A DNA stretch of 64,000 nt from Eledone cirrhosa (Eukaryota): positions 14,260,001 to 14,324,000 of the forward strand of contig OZ024761.1 in NCBI GenBank assembly GCA_964016885.1, written 5' to 3'. Positions 25,746 to 39,757 of this stretch are shown one piece after another (within the stretch, counting starts at the first letter, position 1; every line of letters starts with the position of its first letter). The translations under genes and the position numbers were made by a program. The notes beneath the pieces were generated by a model that saw only the letters and a program-made list of their open reading frames with translations, did no database searches and was not told the origin of the DNA.

Positions 25746-26820
25746 TTAATTTTAATATATAATATTGCTTCTCTAAAGAAAATTGTCGCAGGAATGCTAC
25801 CACTTAACCCTTTAACATTTACATTACTCTATATTTACTATTATATTTTCACGGTAAATGCTTTATCTCACATAACATTTACATTACTCTATATTTACTA
25901 TTATATTTTCACGGTAAATACTTTATCTCACGTAATCAAATCACATAATATCGAATCTATGATATTCCAATATTATTCATTGTGAATTGGCAGTATCGGT
26001 AGATGGTCGGACATGCTTTCCAGCATACTTACGTCCCTTTACGATCTGAGTTCAAATCCCGCCGAGGTTAACTTTGCCTTTCATCCTTACAGGGTCGATA
26101 AAATAAAATACCAGTAATGTACTGGGATAATTGCTGGCCTTGTGCCAAAAGTAGAAACAATTATTCATTTTGAGAACAATACCTTAACATCAGTATGAAC
26201 AGCCAGTTTGAACAGAAAAAGGTGAGACAACTCTGGCCGGTTTAAATGCTAAAGGGTTAAAAGCTCCTAAATTATTTCAGGACAAGGGCCCTGATGAAAT
26301 CTTTCAACCAGGCAACCCTATGCAATCTTAAACCGTGTCCTAGGTTGTATGTCGTTAAGTTTCATTGGTAGAAGAAAATAGATCAACTTACTTTTGGGGA
26401 TGAATCTCAGGTTCCTTTTTATTGATGAGGACTTGTTTGTAGTCAATTGTGGTATCATCTTCATTAATATCATCTTCATTAATATCATCATCAATGATAG
26501 CACCAATATCAAACTTTTTTAAGGAACACACAACAGGAAGTAGATCGAGACCAACAATGTTGAAGAAGAAAGTAAAAAAAAAAAGAAAGCATTGTCATTA
26601 ATTTAATTTTAAATTAATTTTCTGTGGTAAGACGAAGGTAATGAAAAAGTTAGTTACTTGGTAATCTTTTCTTTTCTAATTTTTGTTGCTGTTGTTTCTT
26701 TTGTCTCCATATTTCAGGGCTTAAAATCCCTTTCTTCAGAGAAGGGGATTTTAAGTTCTGAAATATTACAGTGAAAGAAACAACAGCTTCTTCTCTGAAG
26801 AAAGGAATTTTAAGCCCTAA

Positions 26821-27985
26821 AATACTATGTATATGGACCACCAGTACTATGTATATGACCCACTGGTACTATGATGTGGTCCCCCTAGTACTATGTATAT
26901 GACCCACTGGTACTATGATGTGGACCACCAATACTATGTATATGGACCACCAGTACTATGTATATGACCCACTGGTACTATGATGTGGACCACCAATACT
27001 ATGTATATGGACCACCAGTACTATGTATATGACCCACTGGTACTATGATGTGGTCCCCCAAGTACTATGTATATGACCCACTGGTACTAGATGTGGACCA
27101 CCAATACTATGTATATGGACCACCAGTACTATGTATATGACCCACTGGTACTATGATGTGGTCCCCCAAGTACTATGTATATGACCCACTGGTACTATGA
27201 TGTGGACCACCAATACTATGTATATGGACCACCAGTACTATGTATATGACCCACTGGTACTATGATGTGGTCCCCCAAGTACTATGTATATGACCCACTG
27301 GTACTAGATGTGGACCACCAATACTATGTATATGGACCACCAGTACTATGTATATGACCCACTGGTACTATGATGTGGTCCCCCAAGTACTATGTATATG
27401 ACCCACTGGTACTATGATGTGGACCACCAATACTATGTATATGGACCACCAGTACTATGTATATGACCCACTGGTACTATGATGTGGTCCCCCAAGTACT
27501 ATGTATATGACCCACTGGTACTAGATGTGGACCACCAATACTATGTATATGGACCACCAGTACTATGATGTGGACCACCAATACTATGTATATGGACCAC
27601 CAGTACTATGTATATGACCCACTGGTACTATGATGTGGACCACCAATACTATGTATATGGACCACCAGTACTATGTATATGACCCACTGGTACTATGATG
27701 TAGTCCCCCTAGTACTATGTATATGACCCACTGGTACTATGATGTGGACCACCAATACTATGGTTATGGACCACCAGTACTATGTATATGACCCACTGGT
27801 ACTATGATGTGGACCACCAATACTATGGTTATGGACCACCAATACTATGGTTATGGACCACCAGTACTATGAATATGACCCACTGGTACTATGATGTGGA
27901 CCACCAATACTATGTATATGAACCACCAGTACTATGTATATGACACACTGGTACTATGATGTGGGACCACCAATACTATGTATAT
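26821..27985. repeat. Compound minisatellite of ~20-22-bp subunits
   Basis: Alternating TACTATGTATATGGACCACCAG / TACTATGTATATGACCCACTGG / TACTATGATGTGGACCACCAA. Confidence 0.93.
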
Positions 27986-28279
27986 AGAGCCTAAGGTTCT
28001 ATGGAACACAAGTTAGGAACCACTCTTCTAAAATGTCTATTTCTTATTTCATTATATTTTATTTTATTTTTCCATTTAGATAAACATGTCTAAAAATATG
28101 TAAATGTTGAGCAGTTTACCTGTCTGAAGTGTTGTTTATTAAGGAGAAAAAGTAACTGTATTAGATTTCTGAACTGAAGTGGTGTTTGTTGTGACATGGG
28201 ATAGAGAGATAGACGTAACCATAAACATTCAGGTGCCCTACCTCAAAGGTAAAAAATTATATATGTGGATGTGTATGTA

Positions 28280-28336
<57 letters not shown>

Positions 28337-28384
28337 CAAATTTAACACAGGACTAGAACTGTTTAATTCAAAGGAAACAATCAG

Positions 28385-28446
28385 GGCTTTCCTGATGATT
28401 TCCGATGATTTTCTTCGAATGAAACAGTTCTAGTCCTGTAGAAGCC
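28385..28446 (+). ncRNA. Type I hammerhead ribozyme (11764 family)
   Basis: GGCTTTC CTGATGA ...TTC ttc GAAT GAAA CAG ttctagtc CTG TA GAAGCC; inside inverted repeat 28335-28467. Confidence 0.65.
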
Positions 28447-28921
28447 ATTTCTATGTTAAATTTGTTGTATACACTCTACTAATGTATTGAGTACCTTACT
28501 TACTGTGGTTACCCCCGATTGAACCCGGGAGTCACATACACACACACAATATATATATACATTATATATATATATACATTATATATATAATGTATATATA
28601 TATACATATATATATATATGATGGCTGCAACTCGATTTCGAGTAATGCCATTAGTTGATACTTAAGCATGAGCATCACGGATGTGGCTTTTTAGTCCTGC
28701 TAGAGTTTGCCTACAGCCAGCCACACCTTGCAATGCAAAAAATGTCACATGCCAAACAATGCCTTTGCTTGGAAGTGTTTTTAAGTGAGGAACGGCTTTG
28801 CATGGAACCAATCCCACTCTCTGAACATGGAATGCATTCACCTAAAAAGTAGAACAGGTCTACATCATTGGATGCAAAAACGAAGTCATAGGTTTTATAT
28901 CAGAGTGACCTTCTTCTAGAG

Positions 28922-29263
28922 CAGCGGTTCCCAACTTTTTATAATAAATTCCACCTTAATGATATAGCAAAATAGTATGCCCCCCCCCCCCCCCCCCCCA
29001 AAAAAAAATTAAAATTTTTGATATAATTTATTTATGTAGAAATAATTTTGGCATGTCTTTTTATTTGTGAAGTAAAATCATAATTAGAAAAGGTAAAAAG
29101 TTGAATATAAAAATTTGAAGCAAGAAAAATAAAAAATTATGTTAGGAAACTACTCTTCTTTTTTATGTATAAAATTTTGTGATTTTTTGTTAATTCCCGT
29201 GGCTCCCCCAATAACTTGCTATGACCCACTGGTGGGCCATAGCCCCCTGGTTGGGAACCAATG
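28922..29263. mobile_element. hAT-family MITE
   Basis: TIRs CAGCGGTTCCCAAC / GTTGGGAACCAATG with a perfect 8-bp TSD TTCTAGAG (28914-28921, 29264-29271). Confidence 0.88.
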
Positions 29264-29469
29264 TTCTAGAGGGATGTCTTAATGAAGACTAAGGGGCCCT
29301 CATGCTCCACTGCCCTACTAAAAAAAAAGATTGGATGGCCGCTGACTCTCCTGGTGGAGTTGCTTGTTTAGTTGCCGACGATGCGACCATGCACAGGTTG
29401 TACTGGGTGACATGTTACCAGTAGCACTGAAGTACGACCTCACATGAATATATATATATACATGCCTAC

Positions 29470-29900
29470 AAGATAAGAAAACAGCACAGCTCCCATGACT
29501 TTCGCAGACATTTTTTCACGCTCAGAGTTGCTGAAGCATGGAACAAACTGCCTGCGTCAGTTGTTAGCTGCCGAGACGCTGCATCCTTTAAGACACTCAT
29601 GCTTCCCGAAATACGCCAAAACTACACCTGATGTGCCCCTTCCATACACATGCACACATGTGTGCACTGTTCATTTTACTGATGTTTGTGCATTGCCCTA
29701 TGTACTGTACATGCACTTTTTTGATGGGTTGTGGTGCACCTGGGCACTGTGCACAATATTTCATTATTGTTATTGTTATTATATCATGACTCATACACTG
29801 TTCATTTTCCTGACATTTGTACATTGTTCTATGTACTATACATGCACCTTTGATGAGTTGTAGTGCACCTGAGCACTGTACACAATAATTTCATTATTAT
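29470..29900 (+). mobile_element. CR1/Jockey-group LINE 3' end
   Basis: RKQHSSHDFRRHFFTLRVAEAWNKLPASVVSCRDAASFK (FFxxRVxxxWNxLP..VV....FK) plus 3' UTR and (ATT)n; related copy at 45530-45945 (-). Confidence 0.78.
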
Positions 29901-29980
29901 TATTATATATACAATATTAAATAAATGGAAAACTATATTTATAAAACCATATTTATTTCATTATATATTAAATATAACTT

Positions 29981-30024
<44 letters not shown>

Positions 30025-30192
30025 ATTAAAGTAATAATTACCTTACATTTATAAAACCGATGTAAATGTAATGTAGAATGTTACATAAATACAACAAACA
30101 TACACTCCACATATACACAAGTCTGTAGTCTTATCGAAAAATATACTTTTTTCATAGACTATAAATATGTACTCACATGTGTGTGTGTGTAT

Positions 30193-30242
<50 letters not shown>

Positions 30243-30332
30243 ATACACACATACATATATGTATATATATATATATATACAAGTATGAAATTTGTAGAAA
30301 TTTGTTTTTTTTCTCCAAATTTCATACTTGAC

Positions 30333-30411
<79 letters not shown>

Positions 30412-30679
30412 GGTTATCAAGTATGAAATTTGTAGAAATTTGTTTTTTCCTCTAAATTTCCTACTTGACCCTATATATATATGTGTGTATATACATATAC
30501 ACACATATATATGTGTGTATATATAGTATATAAATATATATATATCATTTAAAGGGCCCTGTCTAAATAGTCTCCTCTACATCAAACCATGAAACAATAA
30601 AATACACCACTATGGCAGTTTATAATCCAATCCAACACTGACCAATACTTCTTCGCCTCCAACATCGTTTCTACATTAC

Positions 30680-33600
30680 ACCTCTGATCCTCTCATGTAA
30701 ACCACAATATCTGATCCCTCTGTAAACCACAATATCTGATCCCCTCTGTAAACCACAAAAGCTGATCCCCTCCTGTATCTCACAATATCTGATCCTCTCC
30801 TGTACCTCACAATATCTGATCCCCTCCTGTATCTCACAATATCTGACCCCCTCCTGTACCTCACAATATCTGACCCCCTCCTGTATCTCACAATATCTGA
30901 CCCCCTCCTGTACCTCACAATATCTGACCCCCTCATGTAAACACAATATCTGACCCCCTCATGTAAACACAATATCTGACCCCCTCCTGTACCTCACAAT
31001 ATCTGATCCCCTCCTGTACCTCACAATATCTGACCCCCTCCTGTATCTCACAATATCTGACCCCCTCCTGTACCTCACAATATCTGATCCCCTCCTGTAC
31101 CTCACAATATCTGACCCCCTCATGTAAACACAATATCTGATCCCCTCCTGTACCTCACAATATCTGATCCCCTCCTGTACCTCACAATATCTGACCCCCT
31201 CATGTAAACACAATATCTGATCCCCTCCTGTACCTCACAATATCTGACCCCCTCCTGTACCTCACAATATCTGACCCCCTCCTGTAAACACAATATCTGA
31301 CCCCCTCCTGTACCTCACAATATCTGACCCCCTCCTGTACCTCACAATATCTGACCCCCTCATGTAAACACAATATCTGATCCCCTCCTGTACCTCACAA
31401 TATCTGACCCCCTCCTGTACCTCACAATATCTGACCCCCTCCTGTACCTCACAATATCTGACCCCTCATGTAAACACAATATCTGACCCCCTCCTGTACC
31501 TCACAATATCTGACCCCCTCCTGTAAACACAATATCTGACCCCCTCCTGTACCTCACAATATCTGACCCCCTCCTGTACCTCACAATATCTGATCCCTTC
31601 CTGTACCTCACAATATCTGATCCCCTCCTGTACCTCACAATATCTGATCCCCTCCTGTACCTCACAATATCTGACCCCTCATGTAAACACAATATCTGAC
31701 CCCCTCCTGTACCTCACAATATCTGATCCCCTCCTGTACCTCACAATATCTGATCCCTTCCTGTACCTCACAATATCTGATCCCCTCCTGTACCTCACAA
31801 TATCTGATCCCCTCCTGTACCTCACAATATCTGACCCCTCATGTAAACACAATATCTGACCCCCTCCTGTACCTCACAATATCTGATCCCCTCCTGTACC
31901 TCACAATATCTGATCCCCTCCTGTACCTCACAATATCTGACCCCCTCCCGTACCTCACAATATCTGATCCCCTCCTGTACCTCACAATATCTGACCCCCT
32001 CCTGTACCTCACAATATCTGATCCCCTCCTGTACCTCACAATATCTGACCCCCTCATGTAAACACAATATCTGATCCCCTCCTGTACCTCACAATATCTG
32101 ACCCCCTCCTGTACCTCACAATATCTGATCCCCTCCTGTACCTCACAATATCTGATCCCCTCCTGTACCTCACAATATCTGACCCCCTCCTGTACCTCAC
32201 AATATCTGATCCCCTCCTGTACCTCACAATATCTGACCCCCTCATGTAAACACAATATCTGACCCCCTCCTGTACCTCACAATATCTGACCCCCTCATGT
32301 AAACACAATATCTGATCCCCTCCTGTACCTCACAATATCTGATCCCCTCCTGTACCTCACAATATCTGACCCCCTCCTGTACCTCACAATATCTGACCCC
32401 TCATGTAAACACAATATCTGATCCCCTCCTGTACCTCACAATATCTGACCCCCTCCTGTACCTCACAATATCTGACCCCCTCCTGTACCTCACAATATCT
32501 GATCCCCTCCTGTACCTCACAATATCTGATCCCCTCCTGTACCTCACAATATCTGACCCCCTCCTGTACCTCACAATATCTGACCCCTCATGTAAACACA
32601 ATATCTGATCCCCTCCTGTACCTCACAATATCTGACCCCCTCCTGTACCTCACAATATCTGACCCCCTCCTGTACCTCACAATATCTGACCCCCTCCTGT
32701 ACCTCACAATATCTGACCCCCTCCTGTACCTCACAATATCTGATCCCCTCCTGTAAACACAACATCTGACCCCCTCCTGTACCTCACAATATCTGATCCC
32801 CTCCTGTACCTCACAATATCTGACCCCCTCCTGTACCTCACAATATCTGATCCCCTCCTGTAAACACAACATCTGACCCCCTCCTGTACCTCACAATATC
32901 TGACCCCCTCCTGTAAACACAATATCTGACCCCCTCCTGTACCTCACAATATCTGACCCCCTCATGTAAACACAACATCTGACCCCCTCCTGTACCTCAC
33001 AATATCTGACCCCCTCCTGTAAACACAATATCTGACCCCCTCCTGTACCTCACAATATCTGATCCCCTCCTGTACCTCACAATATCTGACCCCCTCCTGT
33101 ACCTCACAATATCTGATCCCCTCCTGTATCTCACAATATCTGACCCCCTCATGTAAACACAATATCTGACCCCCTCCTGTACCTCACAATATCTGATCCC
33201 CTCCTGTATCTCACAATATCTGACCCCCTCATGTAAACACAATATCTGATCCCCTCCTGTACCTCACAATATCTGATCCCCTCCTGTATCTCACAATATC
33301 TGACCCCCTCATGTAAACACAATATCTGACCCCCTCCTGTACCTCACAATATCTGATCCCCTCCTGTATCTCACAATATCTGACCCCCTCATGTAAACAC
33401 AATATCTGACCCCCTCCTGTATCTCACAATATCTGACCCCCTCATGTACCTCACAATATCTGATCCCCTCCTGTACCTCACAATATCTGACCCCCTCCTG
33501 TACCTCACAATATCTGATCCCCTCCTGTATCTCACAATATCTGACCCCCTCATGTACCTCACAATATCTGATCCCCTCCTGTATCTCACAATATCTGACC

Positions 33601-34420
33601 CCCTCATGTAAACACAATATCTGATCCCCTCCTGTACCTCACAATATCTGACCCCCTCCTGTATCTCACAATATCTGACCCCCTCATGTACCTCACAATA
33701 TCTGATCCCCTCCTGTATCTCACAATATCTGACCCCCTCATGTAAACACAATATCTGACCCCCTCCTGTACCTCACAATATCTGATCCCCTCCTGTATCT
33801 CACAATATCTGACCCCCTCATGTAAACACAATATCTGACCCCCTCCTGTACCTCACAATATCTGATCCCCTCCTGTAAACACAACATCTGACCCCTTCCT
33901 GTACCTCACAATATCTGATCCCCTCCTGTAAACACAACATCTGACCCCCTCCTGTACCTCACAATATCTGACCCCCTCATGTAAACACAATATCTGATCC
34001 CCTCCTGTACCTCACAATATCTGACCCCCTCATGTAAACACAATATCTGATCCCCTCCTGTAAACACATCTGACCCCCTCCTGTACCTCACAATATCTGA
34101 CCCCCTCCTGTACCTCACAATATCTGACCCCCTCATGTAAACACAATATCTGATCCCCTCCTGTACCTCACAATATCTGATCCCCTCCTGTACCTCAATA
34201 TCTGACCCCCTCCTGTACCTCACAATATCTGATCCCCTCCTGTACCTCACAATATCTGACCCCCTCATGTAAACACAATATCTGATCCCCTCCTGTACCT
34301 CACAATATCTGATCCCCTCCTGTAAACACAACATCTGACCCCCTCCTGTACCTCACAATATCTGACCCCCTCATGTAAACACATCTGATCCCATGTAAAC
34401 ACAATATCTGATCCTCTTCT
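30680..34420. repeat. 3.7-kb satellite, 27/26-bp units
   Basis: CACAATATCTGA(C/T)CCCCTCCTGTACCT (27) interspersed with CACAATATCTGACCCCCTCATGTAAA (26). Confidence 0.97.
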
Positions 34421-35613
34421 ATACACCATATATATCATCATCATCATCGTTTAACCTCCATCTTCCACGCTAGCATGGGTTAGATATATATATATATTTA
34501 TTTATTTATTTATTAATATTCTTGCAACAGGGCTATGATGTTTCAGCAAAGCAGATGTTCTCCTCTGAGAGAAAATGAATAAATAAATTTATGTATATTT
34601 ACTCTATTGTAAATATTGAGCTCTTCCTTGAATTCTACTACACAGTCTGAGTGTCACATAGCCTCTATATTATAACTCTTGTATAGCACACCACTTTTTG
34701 TTACTCATGTATAGCATAACCTCAGTACTACTACTCCTGTACAAAGCATCTTGTGTATAGCATAACATAGCCACGTTTTGTTACTCCTGTCCATACAACA
34801 CTGTGGTACTCCTGTATAAAATAATTGTGATATTTAACCCTTATTTAAGTCTTTACCTCACATAATATAGAATCTATGAGATGTTGATGCTATTTATTTT
34901 GAGAACAATACCTAAACAACAGTACGGTCGGCCGATTATAGCTGGTTTGAACAGAAAGAGCTGGGAGAATTCTGGCCGGATATGGCCAATTTAAATGCTA
35001 AAGGGATAGGGTTACTTATGTCAAGTATTAAGGGCGGGTGGGTCAATTTAAGCACACACCCCCTTGCGCCTAAATTAGAGTAAAGACAGAGGGTTGACAG
35101 ACTTAGTAAATGGTTGAACAAACATATAATGAATAATATACACACACACATCACACATATATATACATATGATGTATGTGTGTGTGTACATATATATATA
35201 TACGTCATCATCATCATCGTTTAACGTCTATCTTCCACGTTAGCATGGGTTAGACGGGAATTGTCCCACTTGAGGCAAGATTGGTCGGGTGACCATGTCT
35301 CGCTCGTATAGGACTATCTGGCAGGTTTTCTACGGCTGGATGCCCGTCCCAACACCAACCACATTTACAATGTGAACTGGGAGCTTTTTACCGTGTTACC
35401 TACACGGCTACATTACAGGGTGGACTGTGTATTTATTTTTTTTTGTTGTTGTGACATCTACATGTCCTCATTAGTTTGGACTGGATGTTGTGGTACCAAC
35501 ATAACTTTACGGAGAAAGGGTGGTGTTGGTGGGAGTGGGAGGATGGAGTAGGGGTAGTGCGTTGGCATGTATGTTTGGTTTGGAGGGGCCTACCGACTGT
35601 ATATATATATATT

Positions 35614-35645
<32 letters not shown>

Positions 35646-35663
35646 AATATTTATATATATATA

Positions 35664-35822
<159 letters not shown>

Positions 35823-36373
35823 TTATATATCATCATCATCATCATCATCAGGTTTAGCGTCCGTGTTCCACGCTTGCATGGGTTTGGACGGGGGTTTTCC
35901 CACTTGAGGCAAGATTGGTTGTCTTGCTCGCATAGGACTGTCTGGCGGGTTTTCTACAGTTGGATGCCCTTCCTAACACCAACCACATTTACAGTGTGGG
36001 GCTGGGAGGTTTTTACCGTGTTACCTACACGGCCACATTACAGCGTGGACTGTGTGTTTTGTTGTTGTGACACCTACACGATCTCATTTGTTTCGGCCTG
36101 GATGTTGTGGGACCAACATAACTTTACATTGAAAGGGGCGGTGTGGGTGGGGTGGAGGTGGTGGGACGGGGGTGTGTTTTGATAGAGGTGCCTACTGACT
36201 GTAGTAGGTTTTTACTTTGTATTTAGGTAAGGCGGGTCTTCTCTATTACTGAGTACCGCCAAAGGTCTCGGTCCAGTGACATTGTCTTGGAGAGGTGTAA
36301 GCGTGTGAGGTCGGAATTTATCAGCTCGTCCCATGTTTTTCTGGGTCTGCCTACTCCTATATATATATATATT

Positions 36374-36476
<103 letters not shown>

Positions 36477-36540
36477 ATATTTATATATATAAATATAAGT
36501 ATGTATACGTACATACATATATGTATACAGACGTACAGTA

Positions 36541-36575
<35 letters not shown>

Positions 36576-36697
36576 CATGCACACATATATATATGTACGT
36601 AAGGATTCACTCGATATGCAAATTAGGCTGCTCAACCATTAATATGCATAAGGAAAGTATATACTTTCAGACGTTCAACCATCTGGCAGGAAGGTAT

Positions 36698-36740
36698 ACG
36701 TTGCTGACGATAGCTAATATGCTTGAAATTAGTACAGCGT
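36698..36740 (+). ncRNA. Type I hammerhead ribozyme (minimal)
   Basis: ACGTTG CTGACGA TAGCtaatatGCTT GAAA TTAG TA CAGCGT; enclosed by ~110-bp inverted repeats (36491-36610 / 36848-36952). Confidence 0.72.
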
Positions 36741-37228
36741 TCCTTTGTCAGTGTTGAACAAATGAGCAACGATGGTTGCTAGACACTGTACGGCTTAATT
36801 CGGGATGTTTGTTTACAAACACACCGAGCATTATAATAAATGTTCGGTGAATCCATATGTACAGATATATATGTGTGCATGTATGTATATATATATATAT
36901 ACTACTGTACGTCTGTATACATATATGTATGTACGTATACATACTTATATTTAAGTAACAGCCGTACTAAGAGTGAGAAATGAAATTTTGTTTCATTTTT
37001 TCCGTTTATATATATATATAAGAAGGTAGTACAGCATAATCGAAGCTCTGGTTGCAGGCAAGCTAACGAATGCAGTCGGAAAGTGCAGCTAAAGCACTCA
37101 ATAAGGAATTTTACCTTAGAGTTATAACATTATGTTTAGACAGCTATACAAATTGAAGACAGCGACCGATAAGCGAGCCGCTGGGACCAGAACAACGAAA
37201 AAAAACCGACTGAGGAAAATTTTGACAT

Positions 37229-37348
37229 ATAGGAAAATGTTTGACCCCGACGGCAGAGCTCAAGCCGTTTCGACAGCTATTTCTGGACGTCCAGAAATAG
37301 CCGTCGAAACGGCTTGAGCTCTGCTGTCGGGGTCAAACATTTTCCTAT
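37229..37348. repeat. 120-bp palindrome of the 3' half of the U3-A8 hammerhead family
   Basis: ATAGGAAAATGTTTGACCCCGACGGC...GGACGTCC...GTCGGGGTCAAACATTTTCCTAT. Confidence 0.9.
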
Positions 37349-37578
37349 TACCCACTCTATTACCCTAAGTATTGAGTACTCTGGTGCGTTATGGTCCATC
37401 TGGTTTCTTACCACACTTCCTTCGTTATATATATATATATATACATACCTATGTGAAACTAATAAGACCATGTAATTGTATCCTTGTGTTTGTTTTTTTC
37501 ATTGTTTTTTTTTTACCTAGAACTATATATATATATAAATCAGGAAAGAAGGTTGACATGGTTTGCTATACAATTGTT

Positions 37579-37686
37579 AGCTGACAATTGTTTCTCTGAA
37601 CTGGTAGGTCTAGAGATCGCTATTCGCTTGTTTTCACGTTACTCGATCGCCAATACAAAATTATAACCAGTCAGTTCATCGGAGCT
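37579..37686 (-). ncRNA. Hammerhead-like motif, C4 core with long stem II insert
   Basis: Reverse complement: AGCT CCGATGA ACTGACTGGT...ACCAGTTCAGA GAAA CAATTG TC AGCT. Confidence 0.65.
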
Positions 37687-37899
37687 TGCGAGAATGAAGA
37701 GAATATACAGGCATGAAAGGAATATACAGGCTACTACATGAAGTAGTAATGGCATTCAGTTAGAACAATAACCCGCAGCATCACTATGAAAACGCCTTGT
37801 TGAGTCAAACCAAGCCAAGCATTGATATCATCCACTACCTGGAATACCATAACTGGACTATACCTAAGTGGACTGCATTTAACTATTATTTGTTACCCC

Positions 37900-37959
<60 letters not shown>

Positions 37960-38179
37960 ATAGTCGCGATGTATTTGTTTTCTATATGAAATCGTATGTT
38001 GAAACAGATATCGTTATATTAGGGGAAGGATCAGGTTATCTTAATATTAATTACCAACTAAATTATCTACGGGAATATGAAAATATACCAAACCAAAGAG
38101 TGAGTGTGTTTTACTATATTTTTCTGGCAATTTTAGAACAACACGATCTCCCCAAATATAACAATATCTCTGTGTGTGT

Positions 38180-38757
38180 GTATATATATATATGCATGTG
38201 TATATATATATATATGCATATATATATATATATATATATACATGTGTGTATATATATATGCATGAGTATATATATATATATATATATACACATACATGTG
38301 TGTATATATATATGCATGTGTGTATCTATATATATATATGCATGTGTATCTCTATATATATATAGGCATGTGTATCTATATATATATATATATGCATGTA
38401 TATCTATATATATATGCATGTATATATATATATATGCATGTATATCTATATATATATATATCCATGTATATCTATATATATATATATATATATATGCATG
38501 TGTATCTATATATATATATATATATATATGCATGCGTATCTATATATATATATATGCATGTGTATCTATATATATATATATATATAGGCATGTGTATCTA
38601 TATATATATATGCATGTGTATCTATATATATATATGTGCATGTGTATCTATATATATATATATATATGCATGTGTATCTATATATATATATATATATGCA
38701 TGTGTATCTATATATATATATATATATGCATGTGCATCTATATATATATATATATAG
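38180..38757. repeat. (TA)nTGCATGTGTATC minisatellite
   Basis: Repeated ATATGCATGTGTATCTATAT units. Confidence 0.9.
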
Positions 38758-38964
38758 AAATTAGCAAGAATCGTATTTCGGCTCAGGAATTAATGAAAAA
38801 CAACTTCCGAGATGTGAGGCAAGCGCTCAATGATTCAGATGAATCAGAACTATAACATACGTTAAGGGCCAAACACACTGAGACGATGGTTAAACAATCA
38901 TCCGCACAACCATAAAAACGACCAAGTAATTCGGGTCAAACAAATAAAAATATATGTGATTGAA

Positions 38965-38995
<31 letters not shown>

Positions 38996-39345
38996 TGTAT
39001 ATATGTATATTTATTTTAACTTGTAAACCCTACAGTCAAGCTTAAACTGGAAATGGTCCAAGCTTGACTGTAGAAGATACAAGTTATTAAATATCTACTC
39101 TACTTGTTTTCAAGTATAGAGTTCAAGTAGAGTTCTCTCAGAAAACCAACTGACATATTTACTCTATTGTAAATATTGAGTTCTTCCTCCTTTGTGAACT
39201 ACCACAGTCTGTAGATCAGAACTCAATATATATTTATGTATGTGTGTATATATATTTATATATATAGAGAGAGATTACAATAATCAAAGTTCAGTTTATA
39301 GATCACTAAATAGTTGCTCAAAGTATGTTATAGATCACTAAATAG

Positions 39346-39394
39346 TTGCTCCGAAGAATCCAAACCTCGGTTTGGAGGAAACAATTGTAAGCAA
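39346..39394 (+). ncRNA. Hammerhead-like motif, C4 core
   Basis: TTGCT CCGAAGA A TCCAAACC tc GGTTTGGA G GAAA CAATTG TA AGCAA; enclosed by a 23-bp inverted repeat (39276-39298 / 39405-39427). Confidence 0.7.
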
Positions 39395-39757
39395 ATAAAT
39401 GATTTAAACTGAACTTTGATTATTGTATAACTTTGATTATTATATAACTGCTCTGTAAAACAACCGATGTTATTACATTGAGCTATTTATCTTACTGGTA
39501 ATAAGATAGTAATTAATGACTATCTTTCACTATTTAGGGTTTGTATAAAAAATATATAACCATAAAAGGTTTTATTACATACATAACCATAAATAGTATC
39601 CTTAATACTTATATATATAGATATACATATCATTAAAACAAACACGCGGGACAAATACAGGAAACAAAACTCAGAAGAGACAAACACATGGACAATTCCT
39701 GCTCATTGGCTGTTTTCTGGGGATTATTATAGTTTTATATATATATATATATATATA

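Larger units (their letters stand above)
26392..30670 (-). other. Candidate spliced exons of an unidentified gene (30643-30670, 28120-28237, 26392-26513)
   Basis: AG/GT boundaries with compatible phases give TMLEAKKYW|APECLWLRLSLYPMSQQTPLQFRNLIQLLFLLNKQHFRQ|FDIGAIIDDDINEDDINEDDTTIDYKQVLINKKEPEIHPQ; no recognisable homology. Confidence 0.25.

Noticed and set aside
30671-34447. Repetitive RYCEVQEG / GSDIVRYRR ORFs; CRISPR-like appearance
   Set aside because: Tandem satellite with constant frameshifts, no unique spacers and no cas genes; eukaryotic context.
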